A DNA stretch of 64,000 nt from Bilabrum cf. latius (lineage: Eukaryota), in contig OZ237735.1 in NCBI GenBank assembly GCA_965178125.1, positions 2,232,001-2,296,000 on the forward strand, written 5' to 3'. Each line of letters begins with the position of its first letter. Position 1 is the first letter of the stretch. The position numbers were made by a program, and so were the translations under genes. The notes beneath the pieces are model-generated. The model was not told the DNA's origin. It saw only the letters and a list, made by a program, of their open reading frames with translations, and did no database searches. Shown here piece after piece: positions 37,101 to 48,216 of this stretch.

Positions 37101-40100
37101 AGCGGGGCAGGGGAACTCGAAGGGCTGCGTGGTCCCATCCTCGCAGTAGTGCCCTTGAGGGCACGTGAAGTTGGCAAAGTCCACGGTGGCGTCCTCGCAG
37201 TAGAACCCGGCGGGACAGGTGATGCAGGCACCGTTCGGCTGGCCGAGCTGGGGCTGGTACGTGCCTGGGGCGCAGGGGTCAGGCAAGATCGTGCCGTTGC
37301 CGCAAGTGAATCCGGCCGGGCACCTGTCACCTCCCACAATGTAAGTTCCGTTGCCCAGGCCAGGTCCCACGGTGACGTTGAAAAGACCACTGCGGGGTGC
37401 CGGGTCGCTGTTGCCGCGATAGCAGAAAAAGCCTCCAAAGCACTCTCCCTCGGGTGCACCCAATCCCTGTGTTCCGCAGTACATGCCCGAATCGCACGGA
37501 TGGCAATCCCCGATCTCGTCATTTCGATACGTCGGTAGGTACGTCCCGATCTGGCACAGCAGTGGCACAGAGGTACCCTCGGGGCAGTATCGGCCGGGGG
37601 GGCATTGCCTGCCCACCAGAGCCACCTGCAGGTCAGCAGCCGACAGGCTGAACAAGGCGTCCGGGAACAGGTCGATCTCAGCACCATCGCCTGCGCCCGA
37701 GCCACCGATCCATGGGCGCAGGGCATCCTGAAGCAGAGTGCCGTTACCGTTCAACGGAACGAGACCTGATTCGTTCCTGAACCGGCCGTACTGGTCGGCT
37801 GCGTACTGAGGGCAGTAGAATCCAGGTGCGCACGGTCCAGACCCACCGCTGGTCGTAAGGCCCTCAGTACCGCAGTACCTGCCCGGTGGGCATGGCTGGC
37901 ACTCTGATGAACTAGTGAGCAGCAGCAGCGAGTTGTACGTTCCCTCTGGGCACAGGGGCGGCGTTGTTCCAGTACCGGCGGGGCAGTATGACCCGACGGG
38001 GCATGGCTGCGGCTGTGCAGGCGTAGATCCGTCGCAGAAGTACCCCTCGGGGCAGATGTAGCACTCGCTTGCCCCCGTGCTGTTCATAAAGGTAGAAGAA
38101 GGGCACTGGAGCGGTGATGACGTGTTCACGGGGCAGTAGTGCCCCACCGTGCATGGACCACCGCCCACGGAGCCATCAGGCGGTTGCTGCAGGCTGGAGC
38201 CGCCCGAGCAGAAGAAGCCAGCAGCACACGGTCCTGCCGGCTCGCTCTGCCCAGGGTCCTCGCAGTAGCTGCCTGGCGGACACGGCAGGCACGCCGAGTC
38301 GTTGCTCCGCTGTTGCACTGGGTTGATAGTGCCCGGCGGACAAGGGAACTCTGTCGCAAACTTGGTCTCGGCTGGGCAGTAGTGGCCCACCGGGCACGGT
38401 CCTCCGTAGTCTCGTGTGACCGAGTCGGCGCCGGGGTTGCTCAAGATGGCACCACCAGTGCAGTAGAATCCCGGATCACACGGGCCTTCCGGCTCCAGCA
38501 TGCCAGTGTCCGGGCAGTGCAGGCCCGCTTCACAGACAGTGCACTCGGTGGCATTCTGCAGGCCCCTCCTGCTGCTGTAGGTGCCTCGTTCGCACGGTGG
38601 CGGAATGTCCGTGCCCTCGGGGCAGTACGATCCAGCGGTGCAAATCAGCGGATCGGTCATGCCGGTGTCGTTGCAGAACCGTCCAGCCAGGCAATCGAAG
38701 CAAGATGCTCGCTGCTCCACGTTATTGAACGTGCCAGGCGGGCACGGGATGGGCGCCGGATCCGCCCCGTCCGTGAAGGTCCCCTGCGGCGCGATCACCG
38801 CTGTAGCCGTCTCTGACCCCGCCGGGCAGTAGAAGCCGGGCTCGCAAGGGCCCGTGGGGAACGGGAGGCTGGATCCCTGGCAAAAGAACCCACCGGGGCA
38901 TGGCCTGCACACTGAGCTGTTAAAAGCGCCCGTCACGTTGCTAAACGTGCCCGAGGGGCAAGACTGCGGCTGGCTGGAGCCCTGAGGGCAGAAACCACCA
39001 GGCGGGCACAGCCCCCCGAACGGCGTTGGTTCTGAAGAGAGCGGGCTGCTCGAGTCTGCAGGCGCAGGGCTGCTGGAGCCCTCCAGGCAGTAGTATCCCG
39101 CGTCACACTCCCCTGCTGGTGTCTGCAGGCCTTCCGTGTCGCAGTAGAACCCGGGCGGGCACGGGGTGCAGTCGTCCGGCCTGCGCAGCCCGGTGGTGTT
39201 ACCGAAGGTACCAGCGCGACATGGTGTAGGCGTGTCCACGCCCACCCTGCAGTAGGACCCTTCGGGGCACGGGATAGGGTTTACCGTGGCGTTGAGGCAG
39301 TAGAACCCAGAGGGGCAGAGCGCGCAGTCGTCCTGGCTACGGGCCCCGTCTGCCACTCGATAGAACTTTGGGGGGCAGTCGATCTCCGTGTCTGAGATGG
39401 AGCGCTCGGGGCAGTAGTGTCCCGGTTGGCAGAGTCCCGCTGGCTCGGTCTGGTTCACGATGGGACAGTACTGGCCGGCAGGACAGGGCTGGCAGTCGTT
39501 GGCTTCGGACATTCCACCTTCATGCGGGTTGATCGTGCGGGCGGGACAACCGAGAGGATCGACTGTGGCTTCCGGGCAGTAAAATCCGGCAGGGCATGCG
39601 TGACTCGTGAACTCAGGCTCACGGCCAAGGCCCAAGGGACAGACCAGGCCGGCAGGACATCGCAAGCTAGCCAGCATGCTTGCCGTCGACGTGGTGTTTG
39701 AGGGGCAGTGGTGGCCTCGCCTGCACAGCTCACAGCCGACCGTCTCGCCAGAGTTGCCAACGCCCAGGCCCGGGTACCCGTCCGCGAGTGCATCCAGGAA
39801 ATTCGTCCCGTCGTCTGACCCGTCCGCATGCCGGCCCGTGCCGCACTCCCTTGGCTCCACGCTGCCCTGGATGCAGTAGTGGCCGGCGGGGCACTCGATG
39901 CAATCCAGCGCGCTTTCCGTGCCCGTCGTGTTGGCGTAGGTCCCCGCGGGACAGTCCACAAAGAAGTCCAGCCCCCCAGTGCAGTAGTGGCCTTCGGGGC
40001 ACGGCTCGCACTCGTCCTGCCGCACCATGTCCGTGCGGTTCCCGTACGTGCCTGGCGGGCACGGGAACTGATTGGCGGCCGATGTTCCATTGGGACAGAA

Positions 40101-43100
40101 ATGACCAAGAGCGCACGGGCCGTCCGGCGCTGTCTTGGCGCCCTCGCAGAACCTTCCAGGGGGGCAAGCCAGGCACTCTTCCCAGTCCTGCAGGTTGTCC
40201 GCGATGCCATACCTGCCTGCAGGGCACGGGCACAGCTGCCCCACGGGACAGGAGGCCGGGTCCAGGCTCGAGGCTCGGTTTCCCGCAATGTTTTCCAGCA
40301 CGGCCCCGGGGCAGTAGTACCCTGGCTCGCAAGGCTAGGGCGGGTTGGATCCGCCCGTGCCCACCTCACAGGTGAATCGCTCGGGGCAGAGGTCGCAGTC
40401 ACTCGCGCTGGTGGTACGGTCCGAGTCCGAGTAGCGTCCCGCTGGACACGGGTCCTAATCGGGCTGGATGGTGCCAGCCTCGCAGTAGTGTCCGGGTTGG
40501 CACCGCACCGACAGCTGGTACGTGCCAGTCTGTGGGCAGGCCCAGCCTGCTGGGCAGTCCTGGCAGTCGGATGGTAGCACCCTCCTGGTCTGCGTGTTGT
40601 ACGTTCCTTGAGGGCACTAGATTGGATCTGCGGTATCGTCATCCGGGCAGTAGTGGCCCGGGGGACAGTCGAAGCAGTCAGACTGTGACTCGAGGCGATA
40701 CCGCTGCCCGCCCCCGAACGTGCCACCGGTGCAGTGCGTGATCGAGCTGAACCGGGTCCGAACCTCGCAGTAGCTGCCGGGCGGACATTCTTGTGGCTCC
40801 GAGGTTCCTGCGTTGCACCAGTATCCCGCGGGGCAATCCAGGCACTGGGTGTCGGAGATGGCACCCGGCTCTGGGTTGTAGGTCCGCACGGGGCAGTTCT
40901 GGGGCGTGCCGCGGCCCGCCTCGCAGTAGGTACCGGGAGGGCACACGAACATGGTGTCGCGCACCCTGCGGGGGTCCGTTGCTCCGGCACGGCAGAAGAA
41001 TCCGGGGGTGCAATCATCGCAATCTAACTGGGATGTGAGACCACGGGTCAAACCCCGGGTCCCGGCTGCGCAAGCAGTCCATCCAACCCCGCCACCAGGG
41101 CAGTACCCACCTATCGGGCACTCGGCGCCTTCAGGCTCGGGGCTCGTGCTGCGAGGCAAGCACGCCCACCCAGGGTTGCAATCCTGGCAGTTCGGGAAGC
41201 CAGAACCGCTGTACTAGTTGGCGGGGCACGGGTCCGGCTCCACCTGGCCGTATGGGCCAACAGTGCCGGGACACTCGAATCCCGGGGGGCACGCGGTGCA
41301 GTTGGTCGCTCCCGTTGTGGCGCTGAACCTCCCCGCGGGGCAGGATTGGGGAGCTAGGGACGTGACCGGGCATTCAGCTCCCTCCGGGCAGATCCTGCAG
41401 TCCATCTGCCCGAGAATGCTGTAGAAGCCAGGGATGCAGGGCGTCGTGGCCGTGCTCGCGGTGCTCACGCAGCTGTAACCAGCGGGACAGGTCGTGCACG
41501 CCTCGGCAGTGCCACCACTGAACGTGCCCACAGGACACACGTCGTTGTTGGCCGACCCGGCATCCTTGTCGGGGCACTCGTAGCCTGGTGGGCAGGGGTC
41601 ACATTCCACGGACTCCGCCTCGCTGATGTGTCCGAACGGGCAGACTTCCACCGCAGCTGAGCTCGTGGTGATGGGGCACCTGGAGCCGGCGGGGCATATC
41701 GTGCACTGGTTCGAATCATCGCCAGCGTCCGCATAGCGACCAGGGGTGCATCGCACGATCCCGGCTCCATCGGTGTTGGGGCACACGTACCCGGCAGGAC
41801 ACAGCGTGCAGCTGTCGCTTCCAGCCGGTGCGTATTCGCCTGAAACACAGGGGACGGGTGCATGCACCGTTTTCGGGTCGGGGCAGCGGTTCCCCGCTGG
41901 GCAAGGTGTGCACGACTTGGCACCTCCCTACGACGGGGTGTAGGTGCCCGGGGGGCACTCCACCTGTGCTGGGCTGCCCGAATCCGGGCATGCATACCCG
42001 GGGGGACAGGTCGTGCACTCCATCTGCGCGGCGGAAGCAAAGCTGCCAGCGGGGCACGGTTCTGGCGCCAGGTCCTGCACCGGGCATGCGTAGCCGGGCG
42101 GGCACACGGTGCAATTGAGAGACCGTCCGAGCGAGTAGGTTCCGTTCGGGCAGGGCTCTGGGGGCAGGGCCGGGCTGCCACAGACCTACCCAGCCGGACA
42201 CGGCGTGCATGACGTATCACCCGCAGCGGACGTGGTGCCCGGGGGACACGGCGCGGGTGGCAAGTCCTTTGTGGCGCATGCTTCGCCAGCCACGCAGCGG
42301 GTGCAGTTGGTACCCTCGCCCCCGAGGCTAAATGTACCGTCCATACATTCAACTGGCAGCTCGTCCGCCTCCGGGCAATAGAAACCCGCGGGGCACTGGT
42401 AGCAGGACGTGTTGCCGGCTAGGCTATACGACCCTGAGGGGCAGGGCTGTGGTACTGCCTGCGCAGGATCTCCGCACGAGAATCCGGCGGGGCACTCGGT
42501 GCATCCAGAGCTGCCAGGGGGTGCTAGGGTGCCTAGTGGGCACGGCACCGGCGGGACCGTGGGATCGGTGCAGAACGTGCCACGGGGACAAGTGATGCAC
42601 AGCCCGGCGGTCCCATTCTCCAAGGCTGCAACGGGATCTGCTCCCCTGGGAGCCCAAGTGCCGGGCTGGCACTGCTGGGGGCTCGACCGGGGGTCGGCGC
42701 AGGCGTACCCTGCCGGGCACGGCAGGCACCTGTCCTTCACGATGAGCTCCGAGTAGTCGGCACCCCCTCCTCCACCCGTCCCGTTAGACACCAGGTTCAC
42801 CACCCACGGCTCTACGCCCCTGGTTCCCATCGGGCAAACCTTGCACTGAGACTGGCCGCCCTCGCTGTACTGGCCCACGCCGCACTCGATCGGCTCCGCC
42901 GCCGGGTCAAGGCACGAGAACCCCGGCGGGCAGGGGAAGCACCGCCCGCTGCCAGGGCTGCTGGCGTAGGTGCCGTCCTCGCACGGGCGGCAGCCCTCGT
43001 CTGACGCCGCCCACGAGTACGTGCCTGCAGGGCACTGCAGCGGGGGCGTGGCAGCGGTACCGTTGGCGGGGCTACCAGAGCCGTCGCCGCCGTGGCACAC

Positions 43101-44081
43101 GGATCCCGCAGGACACGGCTCGCACGTCACGGACCCGTTCTCGGTGGTGTAAAAGCCCCTGGAGCACGGCTAGCAGTCGATTTCTCCACCCACGCTGAAA
43201 GTGCCCGCAGGACAGTCCTCGGGCAGCACGCTGCTGTTGGTGCAGCGCGCACCCGGCGGGCAAGCCACGCAGGCCGACATGCCGACGATGCTATACTGCC
43301 CCTCTCCGCATTGGGAGGGCGAGGACGAGACCGAAGGACAGCCCGCTCCCGCGGGACACTAAAAGCACTGCGTGGATCCCCTCGGAGAGTAGGTGCCCTG
43401 GACGCAGGGCACAGGATCCGCTGTGGGGTCCGAGCACTCCGCGCCAGCGGGGCACTCCTGGCAGGAGGAAGAACCCGGGCTGCTCGCGTAGAATCCAGCG
43501 CTGCAAGGGGAGCACGTGTTCGTCAAGCCAGCGGAGGCAGTGCCCGCGGGACACTCCGCTGGGCTGCTCGTGGGATCCGTGCACTGCCTGCCGGCAGGGC
43601 ACGGCTAGCACGAGTCCTGGCCCGTCTGGTCCTGGTACGTCCCCGCGCCGCAGGCCGTGCAGTCGCTTGCTTGCGTTGCGTTGAAAGCAGTTCGCACTGT
43701 GCCCAGCGAACAGGCTTGCGGGCTCGCGCACGAGCCTTCGCAGTAGAAGCCGGGAGGGCACCCAGCGCACACGGCCTGGCCGTCGCAGTCGCTGGGATAC
43801 GTGCCTGGTGCGCAGGGACAGGAGCACGCCGGCGAAACCGTGTCTCCGTTGAATGTTCCTCCAGCTGCTAGGCAGGAACAAGTTGAAAATCCGGCGTCCG
43901 AGACGGCGTCGGAAGGACAGCTCACGCAGTCTGCGCTTGAGTTGCCTGCCGCCGGCTTAAATGTGCCAGTGGGACAGGTTTGGCACGGCTGCACGCCATC
44001 AGGCGAAAACAAACCCGCGCCGCAATCTGCACCTCTCGCTAAACTGCCAATCAAAGCTAGCAGCACCAATGCCACCCGCAT
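22182..44081 (-). CDS. Giant type I membrane protein (~7,299 aa): signal peptide, ~4,000 aa of GCC2/GCC3-type Cys repeats, juxtamembrane domain, one TM and a ~2,600-aa coiled-coil cytoplasmic tail
   Basis: ATG 44081 (MRVALVLLALIGSLARG) to TGA-TGA at 22184-22179. All 13 long minus-strand ORF fragments are in one frame and are separated only by 19 TAGs, with no in-frame TAA/TGA in 21.9 kb. Repeats follow CPAGxYC...PxPCPxGTY. The TM VLAAIMGGLLVVVVVIITGVWIF lies near 30085-30155. The frame is also open upstream to 44579 (alternative ATG at 44342). Confidence 0.88.
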
Positions 44082-45140
44082 CTGTGAGCCATACACGTGC
44101 TGGAAACTGAGCTATCGCGATAGATGCCACCGGGAGAGCTGACCCTGGCGGGTGAGCTCTGAGCCCTTAGTAGCAAAAGACAGCACACTCGGGTGCCAAT
44201 TACTCTGGCCTGTTATGGTGCCAGCGCAGCCGTCCTTCTAGGTGTCGCGAGAAGTACCGACGGTTTCAGGCCGCGCTGCGTTGAGCCAGTGCTGCCTGCA
44301 GCGCGATCTATAGGAGCTAGCTGGCTGCTTAGCAACTACCATTGGGTCAGATAGAGGCTAATAAGCCAACGATAGCGGCACAGCTTCGCTCTGTGCAGCA
44401 GTAGTGTTGTAACTGAGACGTAAGCGCGGTATCGAGGTATCAGCAAAGGTTGGCTGTCTCAAATCCTGCGCAAGTAAGGGGGACACGCAAAAAGGGGTCC
44501 TTAAAGCTGCAGGTAATAGATCTCCAGCTTGTTTGGTTGAATCTAGCGGTTGCACCGCGATCAAAAGCCAAAGAGGAGTTCAGACGTGTGAGCGAGCGGA
44601 GGGCGCTTGACCACAGCGTCCATACTGACAGGATACTCTAGCAACGCACGCACAGACAACAGCACGCTCATGATAATATCATATGCTATTGGATCTCTAG
44701 TTCAGGTGCTCGAAAGGTCGTAACATTGACCAAGCGGGCACTGGAGAGCTCATGCGGGTTCGTGCGACCGCCGCTTCCCCTCTCTGTGACACACTGCGCC
44801 AAATAGACCTCGCAGCAATACAGCCTTCTTACACTTGAACTATACTCTGTATGGCGGGAATGACACAGGGCTTGTAGCCTGGTTGTACGTGCAAGCCCTG
44901 CCGAACCCGTTGCCGGCTTGCGACCAAAAATCGAAACCGCTGGTGAATTTGTAGTCTATTCCGAATGGAGCGTAAAATTAAAAATCTTAATTCTTGTTGT
45001 ATCTGCACGCAATGGCAACCATTGAATTATGATACATTCTACAAAATCATATAAGGGAGAGCATGAGCATGAGCAAGGCGAACGCTACTTGCACTGACAG
45101 CGCACGACACAGCACAGTTCGCCGAGCAGCTTGTCATTCG

Positions 45141-46272
45141 TCAGTGCAGCGTGTCTGGGTCGAGCGAAATCCCTGCCCCCTTCCCAACCTCCTCCGAATC
45201 GGCCTCCTTCGCTTCTTGTGCCGGCCCGTCGCTATCGGTGGCACCTGCACCCGAGGCAGCACCGCTGCTTGCAGTCGCCGCGCTGGCTGCAGAGCCCACC
45301 GATGAGGCCCCGTTGCCTCCGGAGCCCTTCCCGCCAGAAGCTCCAAAGGCCCCCTTGCCCCCTCCTAAACCGCCGTCGCCCCACATGTCATCGTCCTCGC
45401 CATCGAGATCGTCGAGGCCGCTACCAAGCCCCCCGCTGCCAAGCCCCCCGCTACTGCCAGAGCCGCCCCCGAACGCCCCGCTGCTCCCAAACCCATCGTC
45501 ACCGTTCTGCCGCCGCTGCCTCGACTCCGTGAAGGCCTTCGCGATCGTTTTCTTCATATCGTCGTCGCCGTCTTCATACATCTGCTTCATCATATCCATG
45601 ATGCTCGCGGAGGGGTCTTCCTGGTCCTTCTTCTTGTCGGCCTTCCCGGCCGTGGCCCTGGCGGCCTTGCGCTTGTCCACCAGATTCATGAAGTGCGACC
45701 ACTTGTCCGCTTTTCGAAGGAAGAGCGTGATCTTGTCCTTCTTTACCTTGAACTTGCTATTCTCAGGATCAATATCCTTGTCGAGGGGGGACTGAAGCAG
45801 CCTGTAATTCTTGCCATGCAGCCCGAGAACGCGTAGATCAAATTTTGATTTAGTGCAGTCTAGCTTGATGGAACCCTCAGGCAGCTCATGGACGCCATCC
45901 AGGCCACTCAAGATGTAGACTTTAACATTTTTATCGTTCTAGTCCCATGCAAACCTTTCGATTGCGACGAACTCCGTTGCTGGTAGCTCGGTGTGCGCAG
46001 GCCTGGTTGAAGCTGCTGCTTCGGGCTTTTTGTCCTATGGGAGCACCTGTATCTCCTTGTCGATGTCGAGTAGCAGAGATTCCAGCCTTTTACGAAGAGA
46101 TACGCTCACCGTTTCCTGGATGATGGAGTTCAACTCCCTCCTCTGGTCTGCGGGTGATTTGGAAAAATCCATGGACGCGTGGCACGCAAGTGTACGTCCA
46201 CGTAGTCCGCAAGATTGAACCTCAATCTAAATACCATACCAGCGGCTTATTCTCACCAGCAAGATCTTCCAT
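45141..46272 (-). CDS. CACYBP: Calcyclin-binding protein / Siah-interacting protein (CacyBP/SIP) homologue with CS domain, SGS-like region and a Gly/acidic tail
   Basis: Exon 1 46272-46257 (MEDLA), intron 46256-46148, exon 2 to TGA 45141. CS domain FAWD*NDKNVKVYI...SKFKVKKDKITLFLRK. SGS-like DPSASIMDMMKQMYEDGDDDMKKTIAKAFTESR. An unspliced alternative ATG lies at 46172. Confidence 0.85.
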
Positions 46273-46433
46273 GTTTCTGTGCGAGGCTCCTGGTGAGAGC
46301 GCTGTAGCTTATGAAGGAATGAAAACAATTTTTCGAGTTGAATACCTGCGAACCGCATGGAACGTTCGGTTTTCGGTTCGCGGCAGACAACCTTTTCGCC
46401 TGTGATTTACTGTAGTGCCTCCGTACTTTCGCC
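46273..46433. promoter_or_regulatory. Short divergent intergenic region (putative bidirectional promoter) between CacyBP and spermidine synthase
   Basis: 161 bp between head-to-head ATGs. Confidence 0.45.
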
Positions 46434-47934
46434 ATGGCCGCTGTTTCCTCTAGTAAAGAATCATCAAGTGCTTCCAAAACAACTGGGAGCTCGTCAGCAC
46501 TGCCAGGCGTCCACTTGGATGGCTGGTTTGGAGAAGCAGAGCTGATGTGGCAAGGTATGGAATTCCCGCGAGGTGCACTGGGTTGATCCTCCACCTGTGA
46601 TCGCATTCTACCACTTGATTTGCTTAGTTCTTGCGTTGCAGGGCAGAAGACTTGCATCAAGGTTGAAAAGACCTTGCACTCGGAGACGTCCGAGTTTTAG
46701 CAGATTGATGTGTTCCAGACGCAGGATTTTGGACGGATGCTGGTGCTGGATGGCGCCATTCAATTCACTGAAAAGGATGAATTTGCGTACCATGAAATGA
46801 TGGCAGGGATTCCATTCAATGCTCACCATGATCCCCGCCGCGTTCTGATCATCGGTGGGGGGGACGGCGGCGTAGCTAGGGAGATCTTGCGATACCCCAA
46901 CGTTGACAGCGTAACCCTTTGCGAGCTTGACCCGCGAGTCACAGCTGTAGCAAAGTCGTATTTCAAGTCAAACACTTTGTTCCCAAAACGCGAGGGAGTG
47001 TCGTCGGGCCTTGAGGATCCCAGGGTCGAGGTAGTCCACAAAGACGGCTTCAAGTTCCTCAAGACCCAGCCGTCGAACAACTTTGACGTCGTTATCGTGG
47101 ATTCTAGCGATCCAGTCGGTCCAGCAGAGGTGCTGTACTCCGGCGAGTTTTACAAGGAGTGCGCCCGGGTGCTTGGCCCCGGCGGGGTCCTTGCCACCCA
47201 GGGCGAGTGCACCTGGATCCACATGGACAAGATCAAGGAAATTCTGGGCAACCTGAAGAAGGCTTTCCCCCTTGAGGTTGACTACGCCCAGTTTTCCGTG
47301 CCGACGTACCCATGCGGCCAGATCGGCATGGCGATTGGCTGCAAGGAGAGGCCTGGATACACGGCCTCTGTCCTTGCCGGGCTCGACCCGGCCAAGCGTG
47401 AGACTGCAGTGCACGTGCCTTTGCGATCGATTGCTTGGTATGTTTGCCGCCATATATCACCCGACAGTAGTGCCCTAGCATCTTGCATGGAGAGTGACGA
47501 GTGTATCGGACTGGCTATGCCGGGAGGCCCGCGTATCTGAATGACGCTTGTAACGCTTAGCGCAACCTCTTTTATTAGCACCTTGTTGCTTCACATATCA
47601 CATCATCGCAGCGGTAAATGTGCGCTTTGGCAAGCGGGAAATGCTACCGCACGTGGCGTACGGCCAGCGATTCTACACGCCGGTGATGCACATGGCCTCG
47701 TTCGTGCTGCCCAAGGCCACGAGGAAGCACCTCGAGCCCATCTGCGGACCCAACGGCAAGCCGCCCAAGCCTATCCAGCTCGGTGTGTCGCTGCAAGGTG
47801 CTACCGTTGCTGCTGGCGTAGCCTTGGCTGTGGGTGCCGTGGCTGGGGCGGCTGCCGTTTACTTGACTGGGCGGGCTGGCGCTGCAAAGGGCGGTAGTAG
47901 CGGAGCATCCGGCAGGTCTGGAGGCCGATCGTGA
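46434..47934 (+). CDS. Spermidine synthase (aminopropyltransferase) with a C-terminal hydrophobic extension
   Basis: Exon 1 46434-46554 (GWFGEAELMWQG), intron 46555-46641, then SEF*QIDVF...GRMLVLDGAIQFTEKDEFAYHEM, VLIIGGGDGGVARE, DVVIVDSSDP and VPTYPCGQIG. The last exon starts at about 47612 (RFYTPVMHMASFVLP) and ends at TGA 47932-47934. The donor of the last intron (47438-47533 region) is uncertain. Confidence 0.92.
46555..46641 (+). other. Spliceosomal GT-AG intron (87 nt) in spermidine synthase
   Basis: GTATGG...TTGCAG, phase 1. Splicing restores the conserved W-x-G-Q motif. Confidence 0.85.
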
Positions 47935-48216
47935 GGCGAACCCGCGCAATATCTTTGATGAGCAAAACGTAAGTTTGTATTTCTATTATGACCAGGGAGC
48001 ATAGTCTCGTGTAGGCGACGGTTGGCTGCAGGCTTCCACAGCTGCACGAGCTGGAAGCTGGTTGGGCAGTGCTGTGGAACTTGCGAGCTGAAGTGCATCC
48101 ACGAGAGCTATTGTTCTGTTGCAAACGTAACCTTTTGCTTGTTTACAGGAAACACTTCTACAAGTGCGTATGTACGATTCATCGCATGATTATGTCCACG
48201 GGAGACCGACAAACTC

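Noticed and set aside
22195-44142. Many long plus-strand and alternative-frame ORFs (e.g. 25867..27465, 27300..29141, 39455..41017)
   Set aside because: They are shadow ORFs of the GC-rich giant gene, with S/A/R/L-rich translations and no motifs.
44580-45140. Possible tRNA-Gln(CUA) or other ncRNA in the longest intergenic gap
   Set aside because: I saw no convincing T-loop (GTTCRA) with a cloverleaf and no snoRNA boxes. tRNAscan-SE or Infernal would be needed to exclude them.
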